Source: a virus (taxonomy: Duplodnaviria > Caudoviricetes). From it: a stretch of DNA of 56,537 nucleotides. The position numbers were made by a program, and so were the translations under genes. The stretch is from positions 1 to 56,537 of IMG/VR virus record IMGVR_UViG_3300036806_000389, one strand, 5' to 3'. Shown in pieces: positions 55,560-56,537 of this stretch; within the stretch, counting starts at the first letter, position 1, and every line of letters starts with the position of its first letter. Below the pieces are notes generated by a model. It saw nothing but the letters and a program-made list of their open reading frames with translations, made no database searches and was not told the origin of the DNA.

Positions 55560-55750
55560 TGCTGATCGAACGCGAGTTCGCCGCGGAGTGCGTAATCACA
55601 GTAGACGACGGACTCCGTTGCTACAGCGGCAAGCGCGGCGTCGAGGTGGTCTGCAAGGACGGCCCGCGTGATGCCGCCGTTGTGCTCGATCGCACCGATG
55701 CGATCAACCTCGCCAGGTGGCTACTCGAAGTTTGCGAGGCATCGTCGTGA
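55556..55750 (+). CDS. Hypothetical protein
   Basis: GGAG SD; coupled. Confidence 0.55.
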   Translation: MMLIEREFAAECVITVDDGLRCYSGKRGVEVVCKDGPRDAAVVLDRTDAINLARWLLEVCEASS

Positions 55751-55986
55751 CCTACCTCGCGGCATTCATAGCCGGTCTCGTTCTCGACGGGACTGCCGTC
55801 TTTTGGGTGCACTTCTCAGAGCGCGGCCGCGCGTTGCCGACTGCGGCAATCGCGATGCTCCAAGCCGTCGCGCAGGTCGTAGGCATCGGCGAATCCGTTC
55901 ACGATTGGCACGCCGGACCAGTTTTCGTTCTTGGATACGGCATCGGAGCTGGACTCGCGGTGCGAGTGAAGGGACTGCTGACGTGA
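55747..55986 (+). CDS. Small multi-TM membrane protein
   Basis: Three hydrophobic segments; FVLGYGIGAGLAV. Confidence 0.6.
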   Translation: MTYLAAFIAGLVLDGTAVFWVHFSERGRALPTAAIAMLQAVAQVVGIGESVHDWHAGPVFVLGYGIGAGLAVRVKGLLT

Positions 55987-56228
55987 CCCCCCGTTCGAGC
56001 TGCCCCCACTGCCTCGGCACCGGCCGTGTCACATATCAGTCCGATTCGGGCACGTGGCGGCCGACCCCGGGTGACCGCGACGAGTGCCAGGAGTGCGACG
56101 TGCCGTGCGTGGGTTGCGGCGCCGACGAGCAGCACGAGGCTTGCGCGGGTTGCGGGCGCTGCGCGGTCGACGAGGCGACGGAGCTCGTGGTCAGCGTGAC
56201 GGACCAGGAGCGGTACTTGTCGCTGTGA
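55983..56228 (+). CDS. Small Cys-rich Zn-finger protein
   Basis: CPHC, CQEC, CVGC, CAGC. Confidence 0.55.
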   Translation: MTPRSSCPHCLGTGRVTYQSDSGTWRPTPGDRDECQECDVPCVGCGADEQHEACAGCGRCAVDEATELVVSVTDQERYLSL

Positions 56229-56354
56229 CTTGCCGTTCTTAAGCGCGTCGCTTCATCGCGTGCGCGAGCTGACGACCAACGACGACCGTCCGATCGGCGA
56301 CCGCGAGGTCGAACCAGGACGAAACGAACCACCGTACTGAAAGGAAACACGCAG

Positions 56355-56537
56355 ATGAATCCGAGCGATTTCGCAATGTGGCCCATCCTGGGAGCGATCA
56401 TCGAACAGGCGTGCGCGCGCATCTTCCTGGGTGAGGATCGGCCGCTCGACCTCACGGATGCAGACTTACGAGGAGCGAGCCTCGACGGAGCGAGCCTCGA
56501 CGGAGCGAGCCTCGACGGAGCGAGCCTCGACGGAGCG
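56355..56537 (+). CDS. Pentapeptide-repeat protein, 3'-truncated
   Basis: AAGGA SD; LDLTDADLRGASLDGASLDG...; exact 15-bp repeats GGAGCGAGCCTCGAC from 56472. Confidence 0.8.
   Translation, partial: MNPSDFAMWPILGAIIEQACARIFLGEDRPLDLTDADLRGASLDGASLDGASLDGASLDGA

Larger units (their letters stand above)
1..56537. mobile_element. Temperate tailed phage with contractile tail; near-complete genome, apparently non-integrated form
   Basis: Ordered terminase-portal-head-sheath-tube-TMP-baseplate-lysis genes, repressor/cro switch, integrase with an uninterrupted attP-like site; no host housekeeping genes seen. Confidence 0.95.

Noticed and set aside
56472-56537. Terminal repeat or CRISPR repeat
   Set aside because: In-frame coding repeat (GASLD) with no copy at the window start

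Overview
The whole window reads as most of the genome of a GC-rich temperate myovirus-type phage, with no obvious host genes. A long minus-strand arm (~52.5 kb down to ~0.95 kb) runs: cro-like gene, early genes, tyrosine integrase, two DNA methyltransferases with a SNF2 helicase and nuclease, RuvC-like resolvase, initiator and DnaB helicase, Zn-finger late regulator candidate, terminase, head, contractile tail, baseplate, fibres, lysis genes and a second fibre module. A repressor and a plus-strand early arm start at ~52.6 kb and probably continue at the window start. Lipoprotein style and the Mx8-like att arrangement weakly suggest a Myxococcota host (inference). Most notable: (1) a head module in which the portal carries a C-terminal P-loop kinase-like domain and the maturation protein fuses two protease-type domains, with R-x-D-[A/S] motifs at the domain junctions, suggesting protease-released capsid cargo; (2) an intact attP (3' half of tRNA-Thr(CGT)) inside the integrase ORF in mid early operon, so integration would rewrite the Int C-terminus and separate replication and late genes from their promoter; (3) a ~460-nt candidate structured RNA in the early operon; (4) helically phased 10-bp arrays upstream of terS and within the initiator gene; (5) a -1 frameshift in the tail chaperone; (6) a papain-like protease in the lysis region and several carbohydrate-active tail proteins. 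All family calls come from motif recognition by eye; no searches were run.
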